The notes beneath the pieces are model-generated. The model had not been told where the DNA came from and searched no databases. It worked only from the letters and a program-made list of their open reading frames with translations. A stretch of 64,000 nt of DNA from assembly GCF_006345805.1 (NCBI RefSeq), contig NC_043008.1, positions 6,200,001 to 6,264,000 on the forward strand, written 5' to 3'. Source of the stretch: Octopus sinensis (Eukaryota). Position numbers and translations under genes: made by a program. Below are positions 14,472 to 27,357 of the stretch, piece after piece. Position 1 is the first letter of the stretch; each line of letters opens with the position of its first letter.

Positions 14472-14885
14472 TATATACATTCATACTTGCATATATACTT
14501 GTATGTATATGACTGCATATATGTGCATAAATGTGTGTGTGTAAATATGTATGTATATATATATATATATACATATATATCTACATGTATGTTTTTTGTA
14601 TGTATATATATATATATATATACATATATCTATATACATACATACACACACATATACATTCATACTTGCATGTGTACTTGTATGTATATGACTGCATGTA
14701 TGTGCATAAATGTGTGTGTCTGTATATATATATATACATATATACACACACATAGATACATACACATTCATACTTGAATGTGTGCATGTATGTGTATATA
14801 TATATATATATATATATAGACATATACATGCATACACATACACACACATGCACACACATATGCACACACTCATTCACACACACAT
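14305..14885. repeat. Compound (TG/TA/CA)n with ~180-bp higher-order repetition
   Basis: cattcatacttg recurs near 14478, 14658 and 14765. Confidence 0.85.
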
Positions 14886-14941
14886 CAGCGAAGGGAGAGA
14901 ATGAGATAGAAAGGAAAGTGTGGTGTAAATAGGAAAGGCAG

Positions 14942-14983
<42 letters not shown>

Positions 14984-15235
14984 GGAAGGAAAGAGTGAAG
15001 AAAGGAAGGAGAGAGAGGAATAAATAGACGGCCGGCCATACAATATTTATATTCTTATACAATTTTAGTTAACAATGTATTGCATTACATGTACATTCTA
15101 ATTTCCCAGCTTATGTTTCACCTGGATGCACCTGGGTGATTTGAAATGATTTAACAGTTAATCTCCACTGCGCTGCAAGGAAATAAACAAAAGACCCTGA
15201 CAACAGGGCTGCAGTAACATTAACAACAACCTTAC

Positions 15236-15449
15236 CTTTCACTGTTAGCCGTACCAAACGAGACAGTTTATTAGAGGAACTAACTTGGCACTCATACACC
15301 CCTGAATGGGAGATTTGAACGTCTTTAATGAGCAAATTCCACTCGTGGGTTTGATTGTTGTGCACCACAGATATATTAGCGTCTTCTATAAATGTGTAGG
15401 TACCGACTGTAAGTGGGTGTTGTTTCGGAGACTTTTTCAACCACGAAAC
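15236..15449 (-). CDS. Internal coding exon (phase 0 to phase 1) of a Dpr/zig-8-like immunoglobulin-superfamily cell-surface protein; C-terminal part of an Ig domain
   Basis: Acceptor ttctttctgttgacag|GTT at 15449 and donor AAAG|gtaagg at 15236. 71 codons: VSWLKKSPKQHPLTVGTYTFIEDANISVVHNNQTHEWNLLIKDVQISHSGVYECQVSSSNKLSRLVRLTVK. Has the Ig core W, WxLxI, and SGxYECQV motifs; VSW..HxLTVG..T(F/Y) is typical of the first Ig domain of Dpr proteins. Family assignment is from recalled motifs. Confidence 0.9.
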
Positions 15450-16154
15450 CTGTCAACAGAAAGAACACAGTTTAGAAAAGGGAAAGAAAAGCCAAAACAA
15501 AAAAACCGAAAAACAAAACAACAAAATAAAAACAAAAAAAAGTAAAATTCTTAATTTTCCTGTTCAGTCTATCGTTTTATTGGAAATATTGATGAGAAAA
15601 ACACCCCTGAAACATAATAATAGAGTTTTAAAATGTTTGGTAGGAAATTCAAATAATGCAATTTAAAAGTGTTTTCATTACATTTCTTTAAAAGAAATTT
15701 TCTCTCTTCACTGAAAAGGAAACAACACTAAAAATGGCAGGATGATGTTTTTTTGGTCAGGAGTTCAAATCTTATGGGTGGGTTGACATTGTTACCCTTG
15801 GGAACACACACAAACACACACAAACACACAAACACACACAAACACACAAACACACACAAACACACACACACACACATACACACACATGCATAAGCAAAGG
15901 GGGAGAATGGGATAGAAAGAAAAGTGTGGTGTAAAGACGAAAGACAGCAAAAGGGAGAAAGAAGGAGAGGAAGAGGGAGAGAGAGGGGAGAGAGGAGGAA
16001 GGGAGAGAAATAAATAGATTGTTGGCCATACAATATCATTGGTAATACTGATAATCGATTTAAAAGTGAGAATTAACATTGGGTAAGATCAGCATGATGG
16101 AAGAAATGATTGAGTATTGAACAAACAGCTTTCATGATGTTTAGTTTGAAAAAA

Positions 16155-16360
16155 GGTGGTGAACTGGAAGACTCAGGCAAAATGTTTAGAAGCATTTCGT
16201 CTGTCTTTATATTCTGGGTTCAAATCCTGTCAAGGCCAACTTTGCCTTTTGTCCCTTTCAGGGTTAATAATATAAGTACCAGTTGAACACAGGGGTCAAT
16301 GTAATCGACTTTCCTCCCTCCCACCAAATTACAGGCCTTATGTCAAAATTTGAAACCAAT
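16155..16360 (+). mobile_element. SINE family C variant (alternative 3' end)
   Basis: Same head and central domain; tail cctccc...aaatt..aggcctt. Further copies at 18031-18385 (+), 18721-18925 (+), 34570-34800 (+), 35510-35713 (-). Confidence 0.7.
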
Positions 16361-16365
16361 TGAAA

Positions 16366-16690
16366 TGCCAGTGGCACATAAAAAGCACCATCCGAACGTG
16401 GCCGATGCCAGCGCCGCTTTGACTGGCTTCTGAGCTGGTGGCACATAAAAAGCCCCAACCAATCGTGACTGCTGCCAGCTTCCCCTGGCACCTGTGCTGG
16501 TGGCATGTAAAAAGCACCCATTACACTAACGGAGTGGTTGGCGTTAGGAAGGGCATCCAGCTGTAGAAACACTGCCAGATCAGACTGGAGCATGGTGCAG
16601 CCTCTTGGCTTCCCAGACCCTGGTTGAACCATCCAACCCATGCTAGCATGGAAAGCGGACGTTAAACGATGATGATGATGATGATGATGA
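16366..16690 (+). mobile_element. RTE 3' UTR (family D) with internal ~60-bp repeats
   Basis: Repeated gtggcacataaaaagc units, ggcgttaggaagggcatccagctgtagaaac, atgctagcatggaaagcggacgttaaacgatgatgat. Confidence 0.8.
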
Positions 16691-16809
16691 TTCAGTTTGA
16701 ATCTTTTATGTTCTTTTATGCTCTCATCCATCCATCCACTTTTGATGCCCACCACTTCTAGAAAGATTGTTGAATTAGAATCCCCAAGCATCTCCTTCAT
16801 AGGGTCCAA

Positions 16810-17330
16810 TCAGAAGCAACCATCATTACACCTTCTGGTTAGATTTCCAAGAATGACCAGCTGAGCCCATGGATATCACCCAACCATCTTGTTTCTGGTC
16901 TATTCCTTGGTCTCTTGGCAGGAAACTCAGTTTGAAGAATTTGTCTTGTGATCCTTCCCTGTGGCATTCTAACCATATATTTGTGACACCAGAAGTGTGG
17001 CCTCTCAAAGGAAAGACCTGGAAAGACCCCCTGATCTCCCTCTGAGCTATTCATCCAGTCAAGGATTGTTGTCCTTCAGAGGAAACCATTTCAGCTATTC
17101 TTTCAGTTAATTGTCCAAAGTTCATGACCTTAGATGAGGTTAGGCACAAAAACAAAAAAAAAAAAAAATCCCAAACCACCAATTCCTTCTTCTGCTGATT
17201 AAACGTTGAAGCTGTGGTACCTGTAATTCTAGCATCTATTTCAACTTCCCACTTGCCACTACTTTCTAAATTTGGCTCTGAGATACTTCAAATTTTCCAT
17301 TTGTCTCAATGATGTTCCACTCATATAATC
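16810..17330 (-). mobile_element. Decayed RTE LINE (late RT to C-terminus)
   Basis: MENLKYL...EIDARI and MVRMPQGRITRQILQTE..KRPRNRPETRWLGDI. Confidence 0.65.
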
Positions 17331-18070
17331 TCCGCATGGTTAATAAAATATTGAGATTAATTTTATTGACTCTATACCTCTCAATAAAGTTTGTGGCCGT
17401 GTGCCAATCAGTGAAAAGCGTATTTGCTAAGAGTACAAAATAAAATATAATTTCCTGGAAAGCAGCCTGGAGACTGGAGACTGTGTTGATTCCATAGCAA
17501 AGTCAGTTCACTCAAAAATCAAGAGTCCTTGAGAAAAAAAAGTCTGTTAATGTTATGCTACCAGCCGCTAACCTTATGCTTTTGACATTTTGCACGAGAA
17601 ATTAATATTTAGATTAAAGCAAGTGTTTTTTGAAGTTCAGTAGTTTATAGCTGTGGTAAATGTAAATGGGAATCTTTTAAGGGATAGAATACAAACCTAT
17701 AAGAAGTATTTACTGGTATTTATCCATTTAGTGTTTATATTTCGCTGCCAAATGCAATGGTTATGCCTTCATATTGTCTTGAATTAAACATGCGTTATCT
17801 CTTAGTTTTGGGATTTCAATGGTGTGATTGTTTATTTTTAGAATTACAAATCCAGCCTCTCAAACCTACCATTTGAGAGGATGGATCTGGCCAGTTGGAG
17901 CAAAAAAAAAACAAGGAGAATATTTGGGTCAGATACGACCTTTAAATGCTAAAGGGTTAAGCGTTTTAATGAAGTAATTCAAGGAATTTGAATGTTAGAT
18001 AGAATTAAGTATTTAGTTTACCATGTTTAAGATGGGGAGCTAGCAGAATCATTAGCATAGCTAGGAAAAG

Positions 18071-18356
18071 TGCTTTATGACATTCCACCTGCCTTTATGT
18101 TCTGAGTTCAAATTCCACTGAGGTCGACTATAACTTTCATCCATTAGGGGCCAATAAATTGAGTTCCACTTGAGCACTAGGATCAATATGATAACTTACC
18201 CCATCACCCAAAATGCTTTATGACATTCCACCTGCCTTTATGTTCTGAGTTCAAATTCCACTGAGGTCGACTATAACTTCCATCCATTAGGGGTCAATAA
18301 ATTGAGTTCCACTTGAGCATTGGGATCAATATGATAACTTACCCCATCACCCAAAT
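18071..18356. repeat. 143-bp tandem duplication inside a C-variant SINE
   Basis: Units start tgctttatgacattccacc at 18071 and 18214; about four differences seen. Confidence 0.9.
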
Positions 18357-19488
18357 TTGCCATTCTTCTGCCAAATTTGAAACCAATCTTTTGTTTATCA
18401 TGAAGGAATTACAATGAAAGATTACAGAAATATTGGGGAAGAAATCTAGCGGTTTATCCACTTGGCTATTCTGAGACTATGTTGGGAAGAATATTCAGTT
18501 ATAATAGTGTGGTTCTTGCAATATTTACAAATATTTTAATTCCTGAAGCTATTTACATGGGGAAAATATATGAAGAAATTCAATTAAAATAAATCAAATA
18601 GAGAGAAAATAGTTAAATAATTTCTTTTATGAAAACAAAAAAAAAAAAAAACCCTGATAATTGCATATAGCATTTGTAAAGATCTGACAAAAAGCTAAAC
18701 ATTCAATATTTATATATCTTGGCAGAAATATTAGCATGCCGGGTGAAAAGCTTAGCAGCATTTCGTCTGTCTTTAAGTTCTGAGTTCAAACTCCACCGAG
18801 GTCGACTTTGCCTTTCATCCTTTCAGGGTCGATAAATTAAGTACCAGTTGTGTACTGGGGTCGATCTAATTGACTGCACCCCCCTCCAAAAATATCGGGC
18901 ATTGTACTTAGAGTAGAAAAGATTATTGGTATTTAGGGGGTGAGGTATGGATTGTGAGGGATGTAGGCCAAAAGGAGAGAATTGGCTGGTGTTAGAGACA
19001 GCATGAGGTTCAAGTTACTTAAAGAGAGAGATAGAATTGGTTATCATAGGCTCTTGGAGGAATGGTTGGCAGTTGAATGTCATTGCAACGATCCTGTCTG
19101 AGTTTTGACTTTTGGTTATGTTGATATATTTTTGCATGTGAGTGTATGTGTGTGTGTACATGTATTCTATATGTGTGTGTACATTGTATGTGTGTGTGTG
19201 TGTGTACATATATTCTATGTATGTGTAATGTGTACATTGTGTGTGTGTGTGCCTATTGTAGTTATTTCCTTTAGGGTTTTTTTTGGGTAAAACATAAAAT
19301 TTGCTGTCATTGAATTTAGTTAGAAAGCAAAGATCAGAGATACAATTTAATTACTGAGAGACAACCCAGAAGATACGGAAAAATAATTGCATGGAGAAGA
19401 GGGTGGGGTTTGGGGGGTGGCGGTTTATTAATCTTTAGAAATAAACATGTTTTAGATTTATCTCTCTATGTTTCAGTTGGTTTATCTC

Positions 19489-20135
19489 TGGGATGAAGTC
19501 GTAAGAAAGGATCTTCAGACACTGGGCCTCTCTGAGAAAATGACAACAGACCAGATATGGCAATTTGCTGTACTTGATAAATGACTTGACTTGACAGCAT
19601 TCCCCCGGGGTGGGTTGAGCTGGTTTCATTCATCCTGGGGGCCTAGGTTGGGTTCCAGATCAGCCTTGACTGTCATTAGCCAGGTTTTTCGTTGTCCACC
19701 AAATCGCTTTTGCCAACCCTGAAGGGGAGCTGGGGCAATTGCTTCATAGATGAATTCTCCTTCAAATATTCTTCATGTGCTTGATAAATATGTCAAGCTA
19801 AGCAAATTTGCTGTCTTCCACATATACAGGTTTCTCCTTTCAGGTGTCAGTGCCACAATGAAATCACCCATGCCAGTGCTATGTAAACACACATGTGCCC
19901 GTGCTGTGTGAACGCACCCATGCTGGTGCTGTGTGAAAGCATCCACGCTGGTGGCACATAAAAGGCACCCGGCACACTCTGTTATGTGGTTGGTGTCAGG
20001 AAGGGCATCCAACCATAGAGACCATTCCACAACAAGCAATTAGATTCTGGACAGCTCTCTGGATTCTGCCCAGCTCTGTGTCAAACCATCCATCCAATGC
20101 CAGCATGGAAAGTGGACGTGGAACGATGATGAATA
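19489..20135 (+). mobile_element. RTE LINE 3' end with 3' UTR (family D), interrupted at 19583-19775
   Basis: WDEVVRKDLQTLGLSEKMTTDQIWQFAVL, then the aggaagggcatcc UTR motif and gatgatg tail; matches 31180-31650. Confidence 0.75.
19583..19775 (-). mobile_element. 5'-truncated RTE of a different family nested in the RTE above
   Basis: GWQKRFGGQRKTWLMTVKADLEPNLGP; (gtcaa)n tail; TSD tgt(a/g)cttgataaat at 19569-19582 and 19776-19789. Confidence 0.75.
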
Positions 20136-22248
20136 ATGGTTGGTGCTACCTTGTACTACTGACACCTGAAGTCACTCAGTGTATAGATTAATCTCTGGTT
20201 CACACCAACAAACCCTAAACTAATTTCTTTCTAACCCTACTGACTTAACCTGCACCAGTCCAAACTGAACCTAAGCTACATTATCCTTCTTTTCGACTCT
20301 GACCTTCACAAAATAATAACAGATAAAGAATTTCACAATTATCAACTCCAAATACCTGTAATGGAATTGAAGGCTTGTGACACCTGTGTAGTATCCCCTT
20401 CTCCCATTACAATTATTTCTGTAGTCTTAAGGATCTGGAACTCAAAGAAGAAGCTTACAAGCGGAGAGCAATTCAAAAGTCATTTATTTTTGGTTCTCGT
20501 TCAAGTGGATCACTCCCAGTGACCATCTTTATGGCAGCACGTGGTTTGTTATGGCTCCGTTCACGTGAGGTTCATTACCTCTGGAGATAACAGGTGAAGT
20601 CAGAGCGGAATAAGAGTCTGCTGTGAGCTGCCAGCTTTGCAGTGTTTCTCAGCGTAAGCGAGAAGGAAGAAAGAGAAAGAATGTCTTAATTCTCCTGCTT
20701 AAATAGTCATTGCTGACGAGAGTCTTGCTGTCGTCTCATGCATGGCAAATGGTTGCAGGTGAGATCTCACTCCTGTCTTGGACATGGTAATGGCTACCAG
20801 CGAGATCTCATACAAGATGGCGCTGGCTTCTTGTGCCTCGCACCATACCTATTATCTCCATCTTTCTTTTTGCACCTGAAATATACACAGTGTATGGCCT
20901 AATACACTCCTCTCTGCTGGCAACTCATGACAAAAAACCCCAAAGAACACCCAAATAGACATACTGAGATAGAAAATAATTCCAGCCCCGCTTTACAGTT
21001 AAAAGGAAGTCCATGACTAAAGACTAAACCTAAATGTCTTAATACACGTCTTTCTTACTTAAAATGTGATATAATGATTCCATTAGGAAATGTATTTCGT
21101 AAAGCAATATGGCATTGATAATGAAATATATTTCTTCTTACGGGTATAAACAGTGGAGAATTTCTTGCTATTCAAATTTTCAATTCCTGATTCGACAATG
21201 CAATTTGTGGCTATTAATTCGAATAGTCTTGAAACATGAAACAAAATCCATCCTCTACAGCAGAGACTCTCAAAGCAAATAATCTGTCTGTATTAATTAA
21301 ATAATTATTCTGGCTACAGATAATAGCTAACTTAAACAGAACTGTCTTTGTGTAATAAAATATATTATTTATAATTATATAATTTTTTTTACGGTTGAGT
21401 AAAGTGTTAAAGTAGAAGAAAGTTGGATTAAATATGTCTCAGCAATCAGTTCACTTCCTGGCAATTTCACTCAATATTCCTCCAGGAACTGACTGTGCTT
21501 TTCAACCATTTCGGTCAATAATATAATCACCACTTGTGTAGTAGAGCTAATTAAATCAACTAAGTTATTCTTATACTAATGTAAAATATTGTTATTGAGT
21601 TAAGAATGGCAAGCATTATTTAACTCCATTGTGTTACACTATGCAATCTAATCTTACAAAAGTCAATCCTACCTCTCAGATGACCTCTGGTACTCAATAA
21701 AAGAACTAGTAGTAAATATAATGCTAAGATCAATTCAAATAAACACAGCCTTTTCCCCAACAAACACGGCCATTTAGTTAGTTGAGAGAACTCATTGTTA
21801 TAATGACTTGTCCTTTATAAGTGTGATAAATAGTCACGTATATTGAATGTAAAGAAGTGAATGTATCCTGCTAACTTTCAAGAAATAATGGTTCTTTATT
21901 GCAACAACATTGGCAATGTAGATTATGGAAATCAGTTTAAAATATGTTACAAAGGTTCCCTACAACTTCCAGGCACTCATTCAATGTCATTGAATATAAA
22001 AGATTATTTGTAAATTATAATGGAATATAAGGCCTGTGAAATTGTAATCTTTAGATAGACTTGTGCGGACGTGCAGGTTAATTTGTTTAGATGGAATTAT
22101 TGAGTTAGGTTTTAGAGAATTTGAATTTATACGAAAGTGATATGGTTCCTTTCAAGGAAAACCAATTAAACTAAGATGCAGTTGCTGTTTTAGCACAAAT
22201 AAGAAAATAACAACAAAAAGCATGAAAAGCTATCACTAAATTCTGTAA

Positions 22249-22633
22249 GTGGAGGTGCAATGGCCCAGTGGTTAGGGCAACAGACTTGCGGTCATAGGAT
22301 TGCAGTTTTGATTCCCAGACCAGGTGTTGTGAGTATTTATTGAGCAAAAACACCTAAAACTCTACGAGGCTGCAGCAGGGTGGGCGGTGGCGAACCATGC
22401 TGTGTACTTTCACTACAACTTTCTCTCACTTTTTCTTCCTGTTTCTGTTGTACCTGTATTTTCAAAGGGCCAGCCTTGTCACACTCTGTGTCACGCTGAA
22501 TCTCCTCGAGAACTACATTAAGGGTACACGTGTCTGTGGAGTGCTCAGCCACTTGTACGTTAAGCTCATGAGCAGGCTGTTCCATTGATCGTATCAGCTG
22601 AGACCCTCGTCATTGTAACCAACAGAGTGCCAC
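22249..22633 (+). mobile_element. SINE family B (head 1 + tail 1), full length
   Basis: Tail aagggtacacgtgtctgtggagtgctcagcc...agagtgccac. Confidence 0.8.
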
Positions 22634-23177
22634 AATTTTAAAGTCTGTTAAAATGTGAGATTAAATTTGTATCAAAACCAACGCTAAATGACAGACAGTT
22701 TGCAAGAATATAAAAAGCCAGGAATAGTCTTAAGACACAATTCTTCTTTACCATCATTTAATTATCAAAAATGTATTATAAGAGCCAAAACAACTCATAG
22801 CCATAATAAGCACCATCCAGCAATGCTGGTGTTGAATAGTACCCTCACTTGCTTTATTGATGGATGTATTTTTGCCTTTATCTGGAAAAATTGCTAACAA
22901 GCCACCCTTATTATATATTCTTTTATTCTTTTATTTGTTTCAGTCATTTCACTGTGCCCATGCTGGAGTACTACCTTTAGTTGAACATCCCATATTTTTT
23001 TAACCTAATTTTTGACAAAAAAGGGTTCCTTATACATGTTAAAATATGGTGTATATATATATATATATATATATATAACAATGGGGGTAGTATTACCTCT
23101 TGTTTGGAAATGGATTTGAGATGGTGACAGAAAGGGCAGCTGGCTTTAGAAAATTTGCCTCATCAAATTCTGTCTGG

Positions 23178-23446
23178 TGGAGGCACATGGCTTAGTGGTT
23201 AGGGTGTCAGCACCATGATTGTAAGATAGTGGTTTCGATTCCTGGACCGGGCGACGCGTTGTGTTCTTGAGCAAAACACTTCATTTCATGTTTCACGTTG
23301 CTCCAGTCCACTCAGCTGGCAAAAGTGAGTAACGCTACAATGGACTGGCATCCCATCCAGCTGGGGATCACATACGCCATAGAAACCGAGAAACCGGGCC
23401 CATGAGCCTGGCTAGGCTTTAAAATGGGCGCATTTTTTTTTTATTT
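23178..23446 (+). mobile_element. SINE family B (head 2 + tail 2) with 13-bp TSD
   Basis: aaattctgtctgg at 23165-23177 and 23447-23459. Confidence 0.85.
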
Positions 23447-23874
23447 AAATTCTGTCTGGCATATCGCATGCATTGGAAAAATGGCTGCTAAATCATTTAT
23501 GATGGCACATACAAAACATAATACTCACACACACACACACATACATATGTATATATAAAACACTACAGACACAAACACACACACACACACACATTCACCC
23601 ATATTTCTCTATGTTTATTTCAGACAAAGTTTCATAGCCTTCAGCCCTATAAATATTACGATGTGGTTATATAAATTGACATAGTTGCACTGACTGGAAA
23701 GATAACATAAGAAAGTATGAGACAAACTTTTAGTAACCAATATATCAATAGTATACTTATTCAGTCTGGTATGGTTACATTTCATATCATCACTATTGTT
23801 CTCATTTACACTATCATCTCCAGCTACACCCCTCATCATCATCATCGTCATCATCATCTTCATCAACGTCGTCA

Positions 23875-23895
23875 TTATTATTATTATTATTACTA

Positions 23896-23946
<51 letters not shown>

Positions 23947-23949
23947 TAC

Positions 23950-23997
<48 letters not shown>

Positions 23998-24014
23998 TAT
24001 TATTATTATTATTA

Positions 24015-24049
<35 letters not shown>

Positions 24050-24062
24050 TATTATTATTATT
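23875..24062. repeat. (ATT)n microsatellite followed by (CT)n at 24150-24218
   Basis: Direct reading. Confidence 0.95.
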
Positions 24063-24149
24063 TGATGAGAATGATGATGATGTTTTCTAATAAGATATAT
24101 TTCAGGAGTCTTATTTTTACTGGCATTCTTTCACTGAAAACCCAGTATA

Positions 24150-24219
<70 letters not shown>

Positions 24220-24852
24220 GCCTTGGGCATGTGTATCTTTCTTTTTCCTGCACATTTCCTATTGTATTGACGGTATTCTGTGTAATATATTTGCATAGCC
24301 TTGCTTTACCATTTCTCTGAAAGTTGTCAATATAGAAGTCCTGGGGTTTTGGTGAGGCATTTGTCTGCATAATTTTTAACCATTCCTTAGGCACCTATTA
24401 TTATTATCATTATTACCATTATCATCATCATCATCATCATCATCATCACTATTATTATTAATAACAACACAGGGGTTGTTTTTAATGTTTAGTTGTCACA
24501 TTCTGCTTATTTACAGTTCCATGTCTTCATATTATATTTTCATAGTTTCTCCATACCTTTTAGAGATACGGTATCATCTGTCAGGACTGATAAAGCTATC
24601 AGAAACGAAATATTTCCTCTCCTGATGGTCCATCACAACAATATCTTCTCATTTCACCTTAGTCTCAGAGTGAATTGGCATACCTGATATATATATAGCC
24701 ATTGTACCATTTTTCCAAGACCGTTTCTAGTGTATATTTATAACATTTCTTTTTGTTGGCATTTCCTAATACTTGCATAATTTCCAGTGTATAAAAGCTT
24801 CCATAGTTTTATGCCTTATCTTTAGATTAAAATGGGGCTACCCAAAAACAAT

Positions 24853-25145
24853 GTCATCGTTCATTGTTTAACGTCCGCTTTCCATGCTAGCATGGGTTGG
24901 ACGATTTGACTGAGGTCTGGTGAACCAGATGGCTGCACCAGACTCCAATCTGATCTGGCAGAGTTTCTACAGCTGGATGCCCTTCCTAATGCCAACCACT
25001 CCAAGAGTGTAGTGGGTGCTTTTTACGTGCCAGTTAGGTGGTACTGGCAATGGCCACGCTCAAATGGTGCTTTTTATGTGCCACCTGCACAGGAGCCAGT
25101 CCAGCGGCACTGGCAACGACCTTGCTCGAATGTTTTGTTCACGTG
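24853..25145 (-). mobile_element. RTE 3' UTR (family D)
   Basis: tttaacgtccgctttccatgctagcatgggttgg...ggatgcccttcctaatgcc. Confidence 0.8.
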
Positions 25146-25149
25146 CCAT

Positions 25150-25345
25150 ATATATAGTTGAAATTTACAGAAAAACAAAAGATGAAGACAGGTGTGTAAA
25201 CAACATACAGGTGTATTAGTTTGATGCTCGGGAAGGTGAGAAAGTCTTTTACATTTCGAACCTATGCTCTCCAACAGAAAGGAACATGAGGAAATAAACA
25301 GAGAGAGAAAAAAGGAGAGAGAATAAAAAAGCTTTTGGAGCTAGT
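25150..25345 (-). mobile_element. Family P4 repeat
   Basis: Homologous to 55570-55752 (gagcatcaaactaatacacctg...); abuts (TA)n/(CA)n. Confidence 0.6.
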
Positions 25346-26914
25346 GGTCAATCATATATATACATATATACACACACACACACACACATATATGTATATA
25401 TATATATACGCACATCATGATTTTACATTGTCTTATCTATAAAGGTGTGCAGATCTGACCAAAGTACTTCATCTCCTTGCATCAACAACTGGCACTGTTT
25501 TTAATGACCATTTACTCGATAAAGAAAGAGAAATAGTGTACAACATCACCAAGAACTCAACGTAAATAGTACAGAATATATAATGGAAGATTGGCAAGCA
25601 TCCAAACTGATAATTAAATAATATCTAACGGAAATCAGAATGACAGGATTGAAGAATGAATGAATAAAAGTAATGGAATCAGCTAGAAAAAAATGATGAT
25701 AATGATGATGATGGTGATGGTGATGATGATGTTGAAGATGATGGTATTGGCAGTTGATATGGCGGCACTGAAGAAGAGAACATTGGTAATGTAGATGATA
25801 ATGTTCTTTTAGCAGATTTAATAAAACCATTTATTATTATTTTGCATTAAAGCAGACAAAAGATTGTATGAGACTTGTATGAAAAGTTGAACAATTCCCA
25901 CTTATAACAGATTCACACACACGCGGATGCACGGACGCACGCACATGCACATACACACATATTTGGACACCGAAAGAAATTTGTACTTTAGCAAACTTGA
26001 GCAATCACAGTTTAATTTCCATATGTGTAAGGCATTTCCAGTCATAATTTGACTTTGGTTTCCAATGTCAAAGAACTAATAAGAAAAAGAGAAAGAGAGA
26101 AAAAAAAAAATATTGGAATTGATCTAATTGTCTGCCAGGGATGTGCTGTCATTAAGTTACAACCAAAAAGACGTGGAAGTTTGTATGTTGGTATCCGGGA
26201 ATACAAGATAATCTTTTAGTTCACATTTTTGCTGTCAGGATAAGGAATTTCACAGAAAAAAACTATGCAAACAAAATTAACACAAACACACACACACGAA
26301 CACACACACACACACACACACATACACACACACACACACCACACACACACACACAAAGGCAAAAGGTGTTGAAAGCATACCAAAGCTGACATTGGAACTC
26401 ATTGCAACCCTATTGTTCACCAGATCATGTGAAACTGTGTGAACCATGCCAGTATGGAAAATGGATGTTAAATCATGATGATGGTAATGTGTGTCTGTAT
26501 GTGTGTGTGTGCATCATCATCATCATCATCATCATCGTCGTCGTTGTCATTGTCATCACCATCTGGCACAAACCAGATGACCACACCAGGCTTTACTGCC
26601 TGTCTTGGCACGACTTTTATGGCTGAACGCTCTACTAATGCCACTCACCTTAGAGTGGAGACCTAGGTGCTTTTCATGTGGCATCAGCACTGACAAGGTC
26701 TATTTTGGCATGGCTTTCACAGCTGGAAGCCTTTTCTAATGCCAACCACTTTACAGTGTGGACTGGATGCATTTTACATGGCTCCAGCACTGGCAGGGTC
26801 ACCAAGAAACTCACAATAGAAAGACCTTTTGTGAAGAAAGGTACTGGAGGTGGGTAGCCTTATCCCAGATGATGAGAAGTAAGGTTCTAACTTTCCTTCT
26901 AGCTCTCTCTTGAT

Positions 26915-27336
26915 ATATACTCTTTTACTCTTTTACTTGTTTCAGTCATTTGACTGTGGCCATGCTGGAGCACCGCCTTTAGTCGAGCAAATCGACCCCA
27001 GGACTTATTCTTTTTGTAAGCCCAGTACTTATTCTATCGGTTTCTTTTTTGCCGAACCGCTAAGTGACGGGGACGTAAACACACCAGCATCGGTTGTCAA
27101 GCAATGCTAGGGGGACAAACAAAGACACAGAAACACACACATGCATATATATATATATATATATACATATATACGACGGGCTTCTTTCAGTTTCCGTCTA
27201 CCAAATCCACTCACAAGGCATTGGTTGGCTCAGGGCTATAGCAGAAGACACTTGCCCAAGGTGCCATGCAGTGGGACTGAACCCGGAACCATGTGGTTGG
27301 TAAACAAGCTACTTACCACACAGCCACTCCTGTGCC
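26915..27336 (-). mobile_element. SINE family A, full length
   Basis: Reverse complement of 30782-31172. Confidence 0.85.
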
Positions 27337-27357
27337 GATATAAATGTATATTTTTTT

